64,000 nt of DNA from NCBI GenBank assembly GCA_018826075.1, contig JAHKAJ010000035.1:15069-79068 (forward strand). The letters run 5' to 3'. Below are positions 37,087 through 46,650 of the stretch, piece by piece (within the stretch, counting starts at the first letter, position 1; each line of letters opens with the position of its first letter). The position numbers and the translations under genes are program-made. A model generated the notes under the pieces. The model was not told the DNA's origin. It did not search any database and worked only from the letters and a program-made list of their open reading frames with translations. The stretch comes from Candidatus Omnitrophota bacterium (GTDB lineage: Bacteria; Omnitrophota; Gorgyraeia; Duberdicusellales; 4484-171).

Positions 37087-38898
37087 ATGAAAAATTACGA
37101 TTACGCGATTATCGGTAATTGCACTAGCTCTGCTTTGATCTCCAGCGATTGCAGTATAGATTGGCTGTGCCTTCCTTTTTTTGATTCCCCATCGGTATTT
37201 GCTAAGATTCTCGATGAGAATAAGGGAGGCTATTTTAAAGTATCCGCCGCAAAGCTAATAAAGATAGAACAGCACTATGTTGTCCACACGCCGATTTTAC
37301 GGACTATCTTTACCACCGAAGACGGGGTTTTTGAGTTGAGGGATTATATGCCTCGTTTCCTTACTTTAAGAGATGAGTATTACTGTCCGCCTGAGATCCA
37401 TCGGGATATCTTACTTATTTCCGGCAATCCAGAGATTATCGTTGAGTTGAAACCAAAACCTAATTATGCCTTAAGTGACAGTGAGTTGATTTTAGAAAAT
37501 AACCACCTAAAGATCACTTCCCAGAAAGGTGAATATGCAAGCTTCTATTTGTATAGTAATTTAGACTATAACAAAATTATTAAATCAGAGCCAATCAAGC
37601 TAAAAGGAACCTCTTTTTTGGTTTTTTCTTATCACGAAAAACTCCAAGACGTAGACACAGATAAGATATACATCGAATATGAAAAAACCAAGACTTACTG
37701 GCTGGATTGGGTATACCGGACAAAGGTTCCTTCAAAATATAAAGATCTGCTTATCCGTTCGGCCATCACTCTTAAGCTGCTTACCTATCAGCGTTCGGGA
37801 GCGGTTATTGCGGCACCGACAACATCATTACCGGAGATAATCGGTAAAGACCGGAATTGGGATTATCGATATTGTTGGATTAGGGATGCTTCGATGATCG
37901 TCGATCTGTATACTAGGATCGGCCATATGCGTTCGGCCCAGCGCTATATGAATTTTGTATTAAATCGAAGGTTGTTAAAACACGAGAACATATCGGTTAT
38001 GTACGGAATAAACGGGGAAAGGTTATTAACTGAAAAAACCTTAGAGCATTTAAGCGGTTACCAGGGGTCTAAGCCGGTGCGAATTGGTAACGATGCCTAT
38101 AAACAGGTGCAAAATGATATCTATGGCCAGCTCATCGAGGCCATCTATACCTATCTTATAACTAACCGCAGAGGCCGGATCACTATAGACGAAGAGATTT
38201 GGACAGTGGTCAGGGATTTAGCTAATAATGTGATAAAAAAATGGCGCCAGCCGGATAACGGGATATGGGAACGCCGGGGGGAATTAAGGCACTATGTCCA
38301 TTCCAAAGTGATGAGTTGGGTGGCTATGGACAGGGCGGCCAAGATCGCCAGTTTTATCGGAAGGCCTAGCAATACCGAAAAGTGGTTAAAAATAGCTTCT
38401 GAGATCAAACAAGACATATTAGAAAATGGTTGGGACCAAGAACGAGAGTCATTTGTTATGTATTATGGCAGCCAGGAGTTGGATGCCGCCAATCTTTTGA
38501 TGCTGCATTATGGTTTCCTTGATAAGAGTGATCCTAGGATGGTCAGTACAGTGAAAAAGACCCATGAGGAATTGACCCGGTCCGGTTTTACTTTTCGCTA
38601 CATCTCCGAGGATGAATTCGGCCAGCCGGAAAATGCCTTTATCGTCTGCACCTTTTGGATGATTAATGCTTTGTGTCTAATCGGAGAAGAAAAAAAGAGC
38701 CGGGAGATGTTGGAGAATATTTTGCGTTGTTTAAATAAATTCAATCTTTTTTCTGAAGACGTAGAAATCAATTCCGGCCGTTTGACCGGCAATTTTCCGC
38801 AAGGGTATTCACACCTGGCTTTGATTCAGACTATTCTGCTTTTGGAAACGAATTATAACTGGAGTGACGCTTCAGCAATACAAAATTTTAACATATAA
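37087..38898 (+). CDS. glycoside hydrolase family 15 (glucoamylase/trehalase-like)
   Basis: N-terminal beta-sandwich plus an (alpha/alpha)6 barrel carrying RYCWIRDAS. Confidence 0.75.
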   Translation: MKNYDYAIIGNCTSSALISSDCSIDWLCLPFFDSPSVFAKILDENKGGYFKVSAAKLIKIEQHYVVHTPILRTIFTTEDGVFELRDYMPRFLTLRDEYYCPPEIHRDILLISGNPEIIVELKPKPNYALSDSELILENNHLKITSQKGEYASFYLYSNLDYNKIIKSEPIKLKGTSFLVFSYHEKLQDVDTDKIYIEYEKTKTYWLDWVYRTKVPSKYKDLLIRSAITLKLLTYQRSGAVIAAPTTSLPEIIGKDRNWDYRYCWIRDASMIVDLYTRIGHMRSAQRYMNFVLNRRLLKHENISVMYGINGERLLTEKTLEHLSGYQGSKPVRIGNDAYKQVQNDIYGQLIEAIYTYLITNRRGRITIDEEIWTVVRDLANNVIKKWRQPDNGIWERRGELRHYVHSKVMSWVAMDRAAKIASFIGRPSNTEKWLKIASEIKQDILENGWDQERESFVMYYGSQELDAANLLMLHYGFLDKSDPRMVSTVKKTHEELTRSGFTFRYISEDEFGQPENAFIVCTFWMINALCLIGEEKKSREMLENILRCLNKFNLFSEDVEINSGRLTGNFPQGYSHLALIQTILLLETNYNWSDASAIQNFNI

Positions 38899-38993
38899 AA
38901 AACCGCGCCTAAGGATGATGTTCCCATCCCTCCCAGTGTTTAGAGCCAGCCTACTCCCCAAGTGTACATAAGGGTTAAATATTAATTTTTTTC

Positions 38994-39033
38994 TTGACAA
39001 ATTTACATCTATTGTCTATCATATCTATAGACA
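38994..39033 (+). promoter_or_regulatory. promoter (TTGACA, 17 nt, TATCAT) with an overlapping 7-bp inverted repeat; likely an Rrf2 auto-operator
   Basis: TGTCTAT-N7-ATAGACA at 39013-39033 overlaps the -10 box. Confidence 0.45.
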
Positions 39034-39055
39034 AACTATACGAATGGAGGTTTAA

Positions 39056-39457
39056 ATGAAATTAACTACCAAAAGTGAATATTCATTGTTAGCGCTTATT
39101 TATGTCGCACGTAATGAGGGGCAGGGTTTTATCAAGATCGAAGATATCTGCAAGGAATATAGTATTTCCAAAAAATATTTAGAGCAGATATTCACTTCTT
39201 TAAGGCAGGCCAGATACATTAAAACTAAAACCGGCTCAGGTGGTGGTTATAAGTTGGCTAAGCCGGCTAAAAAGATAAGCGTGGCTGAGGTGATAAGGTT
39301 GATGGATGGTGCTTTAGCGCCGACTCTAGCAGTCAGTAAATACTTTTTTGAGCATACGCCGTTGGAGAAGGAAAGAAAAGTAATGCGGTTTTTTAGAGAA
39401 ATCAGGGATTATGTTTCAAACAAAGTGGAACGGTTAAAGATTTCCGATTTGGTATAA
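39056..39457 (+). CDS. Rrf2-family transcriptional regulator (a cluster-less type with a single Cys)
   Basis: Rrf2 wHTH (SEYSLLALIYVA...SISKKYLEQIF). Confidence 0.75.
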   Translation: MKLTTKSEYSLLALIYVARNEGQGFIKIEDICKEYSISKKYLEQIFTSLRQARYIKTKTGSGGGYKLAKPAKKISVAEVIRLMDGALAPTLAVSKYFFEHTPLEKERKVMRFFREIRDYVSNKVERLKISDLV

Positions 39458-39470
39458 CCAGGAGGAAAAA

Positions 39471-40319
39471 ATGATTTTCGAGTTGTCGTTAGGTTTCATT
39501 GTTAGTTTGATCGTAGTCGCTTTTTTCTGTGAATATATCGATTCTACTTTAGGCATGGGCTACGGAACAACCTTGACTCCCTTGCTTTTGATAGTGGGGT
39601 ATAATCCGTTGCAGATTGTTCCGGTAGTTTTGATTTCAGAGTTGTTCAGTGGTTTGCTGGCCGGGTTTCTGCACCATCGCGAAGGCAATGTCGACCTTAA
39701 GCCGAAAACCTTAGATATTTATATAATTGGCCGAAAACTTAAAGAGTTGGGTTGTATAGAATGCTACAAGCGGGGCGTCCCTAAGCATTTGAAAGTAGCT
39801 TTACTTTTAGCTTTATGCAGTATAGTCGGCACGGTAGCTGCGGTGTTTCTGGCAGTCAACCTTCCTAAACTTTGGATAAAATTGTATATCGGAGTTTTAG
39901 TCCTGGCTATGGGAGTCACTATCATTATTTGTTTCAATAAGAGCTTCAAATTCTCCTGGAAAAAAATCGTCGGCCTGGGGTTGTTAGCTTCCTTTAACAA
40001 GGGCGTCAGTGGCGGTGGATACGGCCCGGTAGTCACCAGCGGACAAATCCTTTCCGGGGTAGAAGGTAAAAGTGCCGTAGGGATAACTTCCTTAGCCGAA
40101 GGTTTGACCTGTGCCGTAGGCATCATTACTTACATTTTTGTTTCTCATAAACCTTTAGATCTAAGGTTAGCTCCTTTTATCATTGTTGGAGCAATCCTGT
40201 CAGTTCCGTTTTCAGCTAAAAGTGTTAAAAAGATCACCGAGAAAAAAATAAAGATTGCTATTGCTATTCTGACTATAGTTCTGGGGGCATTCACTCTTAT
40301 CAAAACCGTAAGCGGCTAA
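39471..40319 (+). CDS. TauE/SafE-family anion (sulfite) exporter
   Basis: Two 4-TM repeats with the family's Gly-rich motifs. Confidence 0.7.
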   Translation: MIFELSLGFIVSLIVVAFFCEYIDSTLGMGYGTTLTPLLLIVGYNPLQIVPVVLISELFSGLLAGFLHHREGNVDLKPKTLDIYIIGRKLKELGCIECYKRGVPKHLKVALLLALCSIVGTVAAVFLAVNLPKLWIKLYIGVLVLAMGVTIIICFNKSFKFSWKKIVGLGLLASFNKGVSGGGYGPVVTSGQILSGVEGKSAVGITSLAEGLTCAVGIITYIFVSHKPLDLRLAPFIIVGAILSVPFSAKSVKKITEKKIKIAIAILTIVLGAFTLIKTVSG

Positions 40320-40339
40320 CCGCCATCTCGCTAAACCAC

Positions 40340-40368
40340 TCCACAAACTCTGCCATTCCTGCTATAAT
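40340..40368 (+). promoter_or_regulatory. extended -10 promoter module, copy B (TCCACA, 17 nt, TGcTATAAT)
   Basis: 29 of 38 nt are identical to copy A, including ACTCCACAAA and GCCATTCCTG. Confidence 0.5.
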
Positions 40369-40376
40369 ACCTGTCT

Positions 40377-40439
40377 ATGTCTAAAATCTACATCCGAACA
40401 CTCGGCTGTCAGGTAGTAGATTGGAGGAGGCAATTATGA
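40377..40439 (+). pseudogene. remnant of a methylthiotransferase (MiaB/RimO family) 5' end: MSKIYIRTLGCQ then unrelated sequence
   Basis: 30 nt (40383-40412) match the start of the intact miaB (42162-42191) with 3 mismatches. Homology ends right after the GCQ codons. Confidence 0.45.
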
Positions 40440-41200
40440 AGCAATGGTATGAGTCATTATTTGAGAATTATGCGAAAAAATATGACCAGGAGTGTTTTGT
40501 CCAGGGAACGCTTGGCGAATGCGATTTTATTGAACAGGAAATAAATCACGATAAATCCTTAAAGATCATCGATATCGGCTGCGGCACCGGCCGGCATTCT
40601 ATTGAATTGGCTAAAAGAGGCTATGAGGTTACAGGGATAGATTTATCGGAATCCCAACTGGCCTGGGCAAAAGAGAAAGCAAAACAAAACAATTTTAACA
40701 TTGATTTTCGCAAACACGACGCCAGAAACCTCCCCTTTAAAGCCGAATTTGACCTGGCGATAATGCTTTGCGAAGGCGGTTTTTCTTTAATGGAAACCGA
40801 TGAGATGAATTTTGAAATATTAAAGAACGCGACAAAGGCGTTAAAAGATAAGGGTAAGTTTATATTCACGACATTGAACGGGTTATTTCCGCTTTTTCAT
40901 TCGGTCAAAGAATTTTATGAGTCCGCGGCCAAAGAAGGTAATTCAGCGTGTAAAAATTGTTCTTTCGATCTGATGACCTTCCGGGACCACAACACCGTCG
41001 TGTTCGAGGACGATGCCGGAACTAAAAAGGAATTAACCTGTAACCAGCGTTACTATGCGCCAAGTGAACTGACATGGCTTTTAAAGACGCTGGGGTATAA
41101 AAAAATCGATATTTTCGGCGCCAAACTCGGGGCTTTTTCAAGAAACGATAAACTGACGACTGAAGATTTTGAAATGCTGGTTATTGCGGAAAAATTATGA
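40436..41200 (+). CDS. class I SAM-dependent methyltransferase
   Basis: Motif I IIDIGCGTGRHS. GGAGGAGG RBS. Start at 40436. Confidence 0.75.
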   Translation: MKQWYESLFENYAKKYDQECFVQGTLGECDFIEQEINHDKSLKIIDIGCGTGRHSIELAKRGYEVTGIDLSESQLAWAKEKAKQNNFNIDFRKHDARNLPFKAEFDLAIMLCEGGFSLMETDEMNFEILKNATKALKDKGKFIFTTLNGLFPLFHSVKEFYESAAKEGNSACKNCSFDLMTFRDHNTVVFEDDAGTKKELTCNQRYYAPSELTWLLKTLGYKKIDIFGAKLGAFSRNDKLTTEDFEMLVIAEKL

Positions 41201-41280
41201 AAATTTTTATTAAGACGTATGGCTGCCAGATGGAAACGTCTCTACATACCGATTTTACATTTATTGGGAGAGGCGTATAG
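41197..41280 (+). pseudogene. second methylthiotransferase N-terminal remnant (MKIFIKTYGCQME...), AT-rich
   Basis: The ATG overlaps the methyltransferase stop. A KI(F/Y)I(K/R)T(Y/F)GCQM block is then lost after about 14 codons, with a stop at 41278-41280. Confidence 0.35.
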
Positions 41281-41388
41281 CCATAGATAACTGGTTATAA
41301 AATAGAGGGTTACAAAAAGTATCCTTGACAGAACCGAACGTAAGCGAAAAATTATCTTTTTGCTTTTTAATAAAATATTTAAGGAAAA

Positions 41389-42141
41389 ATGGATTTTTAC
41401 AGTATTTTCATTGTATGCATCGTTTCCTTTATAGCTAGTATCGTAGGTGTTTCTATAGGGGGAACATCGCTTATTACGATTCCTGTTCTTATCTGGCTTG
41501 GCATGATACCGAATAAAGCTGTGGCAACTAATATGTTTGCATTGATTTTTCTAAGTATAAGCGGAACAATAGGGTTTAGGAAACAAAGCAAGGTTGCACA
41601 TCATAAGCTTATATTTTTATTTGTGATCATAACCATTGCCGGTTCATTTATAGGCGCAAATATAGTCGCAGGTCTTAATGCCGATATATTAAGAAGAGTA
41701 ATAGCGATTGTTATTTGTTTGATAGCAGGATCCTTTATTTTAAAAAAAGATTTAGGCATACAGGAGAAAAAACAGCGACTAACGGTTATAAAATTAATAG
41801 TCGGTACTTTGTTGGTTTTTATTTTGGGTATCTATGGAGGTTTTTTTAGTGGAGGGTATGTTACCCTTTTAAGTTACGTTTTTATATTAATTTTCGGTTT
41901 TAATTTTCTTCAAACTGCATTTATCACAAAAGTATTTAACACATTCTCTTCTTTAGTTGCTTGTATTTTATTTTACCATTACGAATTAATCGATTTTTCT
42001 ATTGGTATTCCATTGGCTATATCAATGTTTTTTGGTGCGCTTTATGGTTCTAAAATGGCTATTTTAAAAGGGAATAAGTGGATTAGAAATTTGTTTATTA
42101 TATTTGCTGTTGGTTTAGCTACCAAATTAATATTTTTTTGA
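41389..42141 (+). CDS. TauE/SafE-family exporter (second copy, markedly AT-rich)
   Basis: Eight-TM protein. Roughly 30% GC by eye against about 45-50% in the flanking genes. Confidence 0.65.
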   Translation: MDFYSIFIVCIVSFIASIVGVSIGGTSLITIPVLIWLGMIPNKAVATNMFALIFLSISGTIGFRKQSKVAHHKLIFLFVIITIAGSFIGANIVAGLNADILRRVIAIVICLIAGSFILKKDLGIQEKKQRLTVIKLIVGTLLVFILGIYGGFFSGGYVTLLSYVFILIFGFNFLQTAFITKVFNTFSSLVACILFYHYELIDFSIGIPLAISMFFGALYGSKMAILKGNKWIRNLFIIFAVGLATKLIFF

Positions 42142-42152
42142 AGAGGAGAAAT

Positions 42153-43265
42153 ATGCCAAAAAAAATCTACATCCGCACCTTCGGCTGTCAGATGAACGTT
42201 CGCGATTCAGAAGCACTGTTGGGGTTGTTTTTAGAGAGGGGTTATCAGGCAGCCAAAGACGAAAGCCAGGCTGATATTATTTTGGTCAATACCTGTTCGG
42301 TCAGGGCGCATGCTGAAAACCGGGCCCTTTCTTATTTGGGCAGCTTAAAAAAATTCACTGAACGGCGCAGGACCCGGGGAGCTAAACGCAAAGTCATCGG
42401 GCTTATCGGCTGTATGGCTAAAAATCTTGGTGAAGAAGTTTATCAGAGAATGTCTCATGTTGATTTGATCTGCGGCCCGGCCAGTCTGGCTAAGATTCCA
42501 GTTTATTGTGATAAGATCAAAAAAGACAACATCCGAATAATCGATTTAGATGATGACTTGCGTGATGAGGAGTTCTACCGTTCGAGTTTTCGCCTTCAGC
42601 CGGATCATGCTCAAGTAGTGATTTCGACCGGTTGTTCAAACCATTGTTCTTATTGCGTGGTTCCTTTTGTTCGGGGAGAATTGCGCCTTAGGAGGCCAGA
42701 AGATGTTATAGTGGAGGTTAAGCGGAATATTGATCTGGGGATAAAGAAAATTACCCTGCTTGGGCAAAACGTCAACGATTATCCCAATTTTATTGATTTA
42801 TTATCTAAAGTCGAGAAAATAGCAGGAATTGAGGAGTTAAATTTTATAACCTCTCAGCCGCGGAATGTGCCAGAAGGGTTGTTTGAATTTATGGCAAGGT
42901 CGGGAAAAATCTCAAAACACCTGCATTTGCCGTTTCAGTCCGGTTCAAACCGGATTCTAAAGAAGATGAACCGCGGCTATACCCGCCAGAATTACTTGCA
43001 ATTGGTGGATAGTTATAAGAAAATAGTAAAAGGAACTTTAAGTACTGATGTTATTGTTGGTTTTCCTACTGAGGCTGATAAGGATTTTTTAGCCACCAAA
43101 GATATCCTGGAAAAGGTTCGGTTTAGAAAAGCTTATATTTTTAAATATTCGCCGCGGCCGCGGGCTAAAAGCAGCAAGATGGTTGACGATGTGTCCGATG
43201 AGCTAAAGGTAAAACGGCATAAGATATTACTGGATTTACAAAAGAAGATCTCTTTAAACAAATGA
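42153..43265 (+). CDS. miaB: MiaB-family tRNA methylthiotransferase lacking the C-terminal TRAM domain
   Basis: MTTase N-terminal domain (IYIRTFGCQMNVRDSE) and radical SAM CSNHCSYC. Only 370 aa, with no TRAM domain. The ATG at 42153 follows a GAGGAG RBS. Confidence 0.8.
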   Translation: MPKKIYIRTFGCQMNVRDSEALLGLFLERGYQAAKDESQADIILVNTCSVRAHAENRALSYLGSLKKFTERRRTRGAKRKVIGLIGCMAKNLGEEVYQRMSHVDLICGPASLAKIPVYCDKIKKDNIRIIDLDDDLRDEEFYRSSFRLQPDHAQVVISTGCSNHCSYCVVPFVRGELRLRRPEDVIVEVKRNIDLGIKKITLLGQNVNDYPNFIDLLSKVEKIAGIEELNFITSQPRNVPEGLFEFMARSGKISKHLHLPFQSGSNRILKKMNRGYTRQNYLQLVDSYKKIVKGTLSTDVIVGFPTEADKDFLATKDILEKVRFRKAYIFKYSPRPRAKSSKMVDDVSDELKVKRHKILLDLQKKISLNK

Positions 43266-44011
43266 AAAACCGCTTAACAAAGATCCTTTTGGTATATGGT
43301 TTATTGTCTACAGCTTATGGTTTGAATTTTTCCTATGCACTTTCTTTAAAGGATGCACAGCGGGATTACCTGGCCGGCAACTACGAGGAATCGATAGCTA
43401 AAGCTAGCCGTTTACGTGAGAACGATGAAGTTCTTTATTTTTTAGCTTTAGTTCACATGAAGAATTCCGATTACCAACAGGCGAGAAGCTATTTGGATAA
43501 GTTGATCCAGCGTTTTCCCAATTCCAGCTTTCATGATCTAACGATATTTAAGCTGGCTGATATTTATTTTTTAGAAAAGGATTATGAACAAGCACAAGGC
43601 CTTTATCAGCAATTAGAGTTGAATTGTCCCAAACTTGGAAACAAATCTTTACTTTTTTTGCGTTTAGCCCAAGTTGCCAGCCGTCAAGGAGATTGGGAAG
43701 CAAAAAACAAATATATCCGGTTGATCAAAGAAAAATATTCTCGAGGTCCGGAGGCAAAATTCGCAGAAACTTTGGAAAGTTATGGGGATTTTTTTACGGT
43801 TCAGGTTGGTGCCTTTACCGAAAGGAAAAATGCCCTTTCGCTTAGTGAAGAGTTGATTGCTAAAGGTTACGACAGTTCAATAGTCGAAGATGAGCAGGGA
43901 GCCTATTTTTTATATAAGGTAAGAATCGGCAGGTACAATAGCCGTTATGAGGCTCAAAAGATTTCCTCTCAACTTTCCAATGACGGATACCCTGCCAAAA
44001 TCTACCCTTAA
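43262..44011 (+). CDS. TPR-repeat plus SPOR-domain protein, secreted
   Basis: Signal peptide and TPR-like helical repeats. C-terminal SPOR domain (FFTVQVGAFTERKNA...YKVRIGRYNS). Confidence 0.6.
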   Translation: MKNRLTKILLVYGLLSTAYGLNFSYALSLKDAQRDYLAGNYEESIAKASRLRENDEVLYFLALVHMKNSDYQQARSYLDKLIQRFPNSSFHDLTIFKLADIYFLEKDYEQAQGLYQQLELNCPKLGNKSLLFLRLAQVASRQGDWEAKNKYIRLIKEKYSRGPEAKFAETLESYGDFFTVQVGAFTERKNALSLSEELIAKGYDSSIVEDEQGAYFLYKVRIGRYNSRYEAQKISSQLSNDGYPAKIYP

Positions 44012-44013
44012 CT

Positions 44014-44934
44014 ATGCATCCGGTTATTTTTATAGTCGGCCCGACTGCCAGCGGTAAAAGCGATGTCAGCTTGTTGTTAGCCCAAGGGCTTAATGCTGAA
44101 ATAATTTCGGCTGATTCGATGCTGGTCTACCGGGAACCCTCGATCATTACTTCTAAGCCTTCCGGCGCGATGCTTAACAAAGTAGCGCATCATTTCGTGG
44201 GAACGATTTCGGTGAGGGAGATCTACAGCGTATTCGATTATTTTCGTTCCAGCACCGAGTTGATCCGAAGCCTTTATTTTAAAGGTAAGCCGGTCATTGT
44301 CTGCGGCGGAAGCGGCCTCTATATTAAAGCCATAATTGACGGGATCTTTGAGGGTTCCGGCCGTAATGATAAGTTACGCCAGGCACTTCAAAAGTCAGCC
44401 GATATTTACGGTAAACAATATTTATATCAGGAGTTGGAAAAAGTGGACCGCTCGGCGGCAAAAAGAATTTCACCCGGTGATCTAAGGCGGATAATCAGGG
44501 CTTTGGAAGTTTACTATCAGACCGGAATGCCGATCTCTCAAAAACAAAGCCTTTCCTTTGGGCTTTGGGGAGACCTACCGATCAGGATTTTCGGTCTGCG
44601 CCTCAACCGCCGTAACCTTTATCGCCGGATCGAAGAAAGGGTCGATCGGATGTTTGCTCAAGGGGCAGTGGATGAAGTTGAGGCTTTAAGGCAGCAAGAC
44701 TTAAGCCTTACCGCCGGAAAGATCATTGGGGTAAAAGAAATCGGAGAGCTCTTGGAAGGTAAGGTTAATCAAGATCAAGCCCGGCTAAACATGAAAAAAA
44801 ATACCCGTCATTTAGCCAAACGCCAGATCACCTGGTTTAAAAAAGACAAGCGCATCGAATGGATAGATATCGATGATTTAACGCTTGAAAATATTAATGA
44901 TGAGATCCTGCGAAGAATAAACACTGATGTATGA
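44014..44934 (+). CDS. miaA: tRNA dimethylallyltransferase
   Basis: P-loop GPTASGKS and typical MiaA length and motifs. Confidence 0.9.
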   Translation: MHPVIFIVGPTASGKSDVSLLLAQGLNAEIISADSMLVYREPSIITSKPSGAMLNKVAHHFVGTISVREIYSVFDYFRSSTELIRSLYFKGKPVIVCGGSGLYIKAIIDGIFEGSGRNDKLRQALQKSADIYGKQYLYQELEKVDRSAAKRISPGDLRRIIRALEVYYQTGMPISQKQSLSFGLWGDLPIRIFGLRLNRRNLYRRIEERVDRMFAQGAVDEVEALRQQDLSLTAGKIIGVKEIGELLEGKVNQDQARLNMKKNTRHLAKRQITWFKKDKRIEWIDIDDLTLENINDEILRRINTDV

Positions 44935-46204
44935 AACTACCCAAAAAGAAACTGCGCTTTTAGTCGTAGTCAAAGAGCCCAAAGAGCACTGGCTGTCTGA
45001 GGATCTAGCTTTGGAATTTGAGGCTTTGGTCCTGTCTTCGGGAATCCAGCCGGCCCGGACCATCATCGTAAAGTTGGTTCAGCCCAACCCAGCGCTTTAT
45101 ATCGGAAAAGGAAAAGTAGAGGAGCTAAGGCTTATCCGGGAAGAGCTCAAAGCCGATGTCGTGATTTTTAACGCCAATCTTAAATTTACCCAGCAGAGAA
45201 ATTTAGAGGAAATATTGACGGTTAAGACCATCGACCGCACCCAGCTTATCCTGGATATTTTTGCCAAACATGCCCATAGCCAGGAGGGAATCTTACAGGT
45301 CGAATTGGCCCAGCTTCAATATCTCTTGCCGCGCCTTAGAGGTAAAGGCATTGCCCTTTCGCGTTTAGGCGGCGGTATCGGAACCCGCGGCCCGGGTGAA
45401 AAAAAGCTTGAAGTCGACCAGCGAAAAATTTCCGACCGGATAACCAGGATCAAAGAAGAATTAAAGGGCTTGGGCCAGCACCATGATGTAATGCGCAAGA
45501 AGCGCGACAAAGCTAAAGAGTATATGTGCTCTTTGGTCGGCTACACCAATGCCGGTAAAACTACCTTGTTTAATAGCTTAGCCCAGGCTGATCAGATAGA
45601 GTCATCAAGCTTGTTTACTACCCTTGATACAGTAGCCAGAAAGTTTTTGTTAGATTCAGGACAGCAAATAGTTTTATCGGACACAGTGGGTTTTATCTAC
45701 AATCTGCCGCCTAATTTAATTGAAGCTTTTAAAACTACGCTTGATGAACTTCAATATGCCGATGTTTTACTGCACCTAATCGATTCCAGCAGTAAGAATT
45801 TGCTGCAGCATAAAAAAGCAGTTGACCATATCCTAGCTGATTTAAAGCTGGATTCAAAACCGATCCTTACGGTTTTTAACAAGATCGACCTGATAGCGCC
45901 AGCAGAAGCAGAATTTTTGAGGAAAGATTACCCCCAAGGGATTTTTATCTCGGCCAAACAAGGCATAGGTTTGCTTGAGCTTAAGCAGGCGATAGCTTCA
46001 GGCGTGGAGAAGGGCGCTTTGGAAGTAGTGGTTAAAGTCCCTTTTAACCGTATGGAAATTATTAGCTATTTGCATAAAAGCTGCGAAGTTTTGAAAAACA
46101 CCTGTGATCAAAAAGAGTCAGTATACTGGTTACGTCTTAAACAGGATAAACTTGACTACATAAAAAAGCAGGGGTTTATTGTAAAAGAGTTAAAAAAACA
46201 CTAA
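44927..46204 (+). CDS. hflX: GTPase HflX
   Basis: HflX N-terminal domain plus G1 [14 protein letters not shown] and NKID. Confidence 0.9.
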   Translation: MYETTQKETALLVVVKEPKEHWLSEDLALEFEALVLSSGIQPARTIIVKLVQPNPALYIGKGKVEELRLIREELKADVVIFNANLKFTQQRNLEEILTVKTIDRTQLILDIFAKHAHSQEGILQVELAQLQYLLPRLRGKGIALSRLGGGIGTRGPGEKKLEVDQRKISDRITRIKEELKGLGQHHDVMRKKRDKAKEYMCSLVGYTNAGKTTLFNSLAQADQIESSSLFTTLDTVARKFLLDSGQQIVLSDTVGFIYNLPPNLIEAFKTTLDELQYADVLLHLIDSSSKNLLQHKKAVDHILADLKLDSKPILTVFNKIDLIAPAEAEFLRKDYPQGIFISAKQGIGLLELKQAIASGVEKGALEVVVKVPFNRMEIISYLHKSCEVLKNTCDQKESVYWLRLKQDKLDYIKKQGFIVKELKKH

Positions 46205-46234
46205 AAAATAATTTAAAAGTTTTTAAAAAATAAC

Positions 46235-46263
46235 TTGACAAATTTTAAAAGATATTGTATATA
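46235..46263 (+). promoter_or_regulatory. sigma70 promoter (TTGACA, 17 nt, TATATA)
   Basis: TTGACA at 46235-46240 and TATATA at 46258-46263. Confidence 0.5.
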
Positions 46264-46280
46264 TGAAGTGGAGGAAAAAG

Positions 46281-46559
46281 ATGATTTGGGAAGAGCTTGA
46301 CTCCCAGTTTGAGATTGAGATACCGCCCGATGAGCCGGTGTACCCGGTTAACGTGGTCTGCGATCTTTTGCATATGCAGTATTATTTACTTCATGAGATC
46401 ATGCGTGAAGGGGTATTAAGGCAGCGAAAAAAAGAAAAGGCTAAAAAGCTTTTTTCCAAAAAAGACTTAAAGGTGCTTAGATATGTGCAATATCTTATTG
46501 AAGAAAAGGGTGTTAACGTCAAGGGAGTCAAGGTTATTTTAGAGATGCGGGAAGTCTAG
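46281..46559 (+). CDS. hspR: MerR-family heat-shock repressor (HspR-like)
   Basis: HTH YPVNVVCDLLHMQYYLLHEIMREGVL plus an HspR-like ...VLRYVQYLIEEKGVNVKGVKVILEM. Start at 46281, which follows a GGAGG RBS. Confidence 0.6.
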   Translation: MIWEELDSQFEIEIPPDEPVYPVNVVCDLLHMQYYLLHEIMREGVLRQRKKEKAKKLFSKKDLKVLRYVQYLIEEKGVNVKGVKVILEMREV

Positions 46560-46577
46560 GTTTTTTTTGAGGTTAAT

Positions 46578-46604
46578 TTAGCAGTCTAGCGCGCAGAGTG
46601 CTAA
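46578..46604 (+). promoter_or_regulatory. CIRCE operator (HrcA binding site) upstream of hsp20
   Basis: TTAGCAGTC-N9-GAGTGCTAA. Confidence 0.75.
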
Positions 46605-46650
46605 ATTAGGTAAAGATAGAGGTAGAGGTAAAGATCAAGGAGGGAGGAAG

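Noticed and set aside
46205-46262. HAIR (CTTGAGT-N7-ACTCAAG) upstream of the hspR-like gene
   Set aside because: Only one degenerate half (CTTGACA, which is also the -35 box). No partner half-site.
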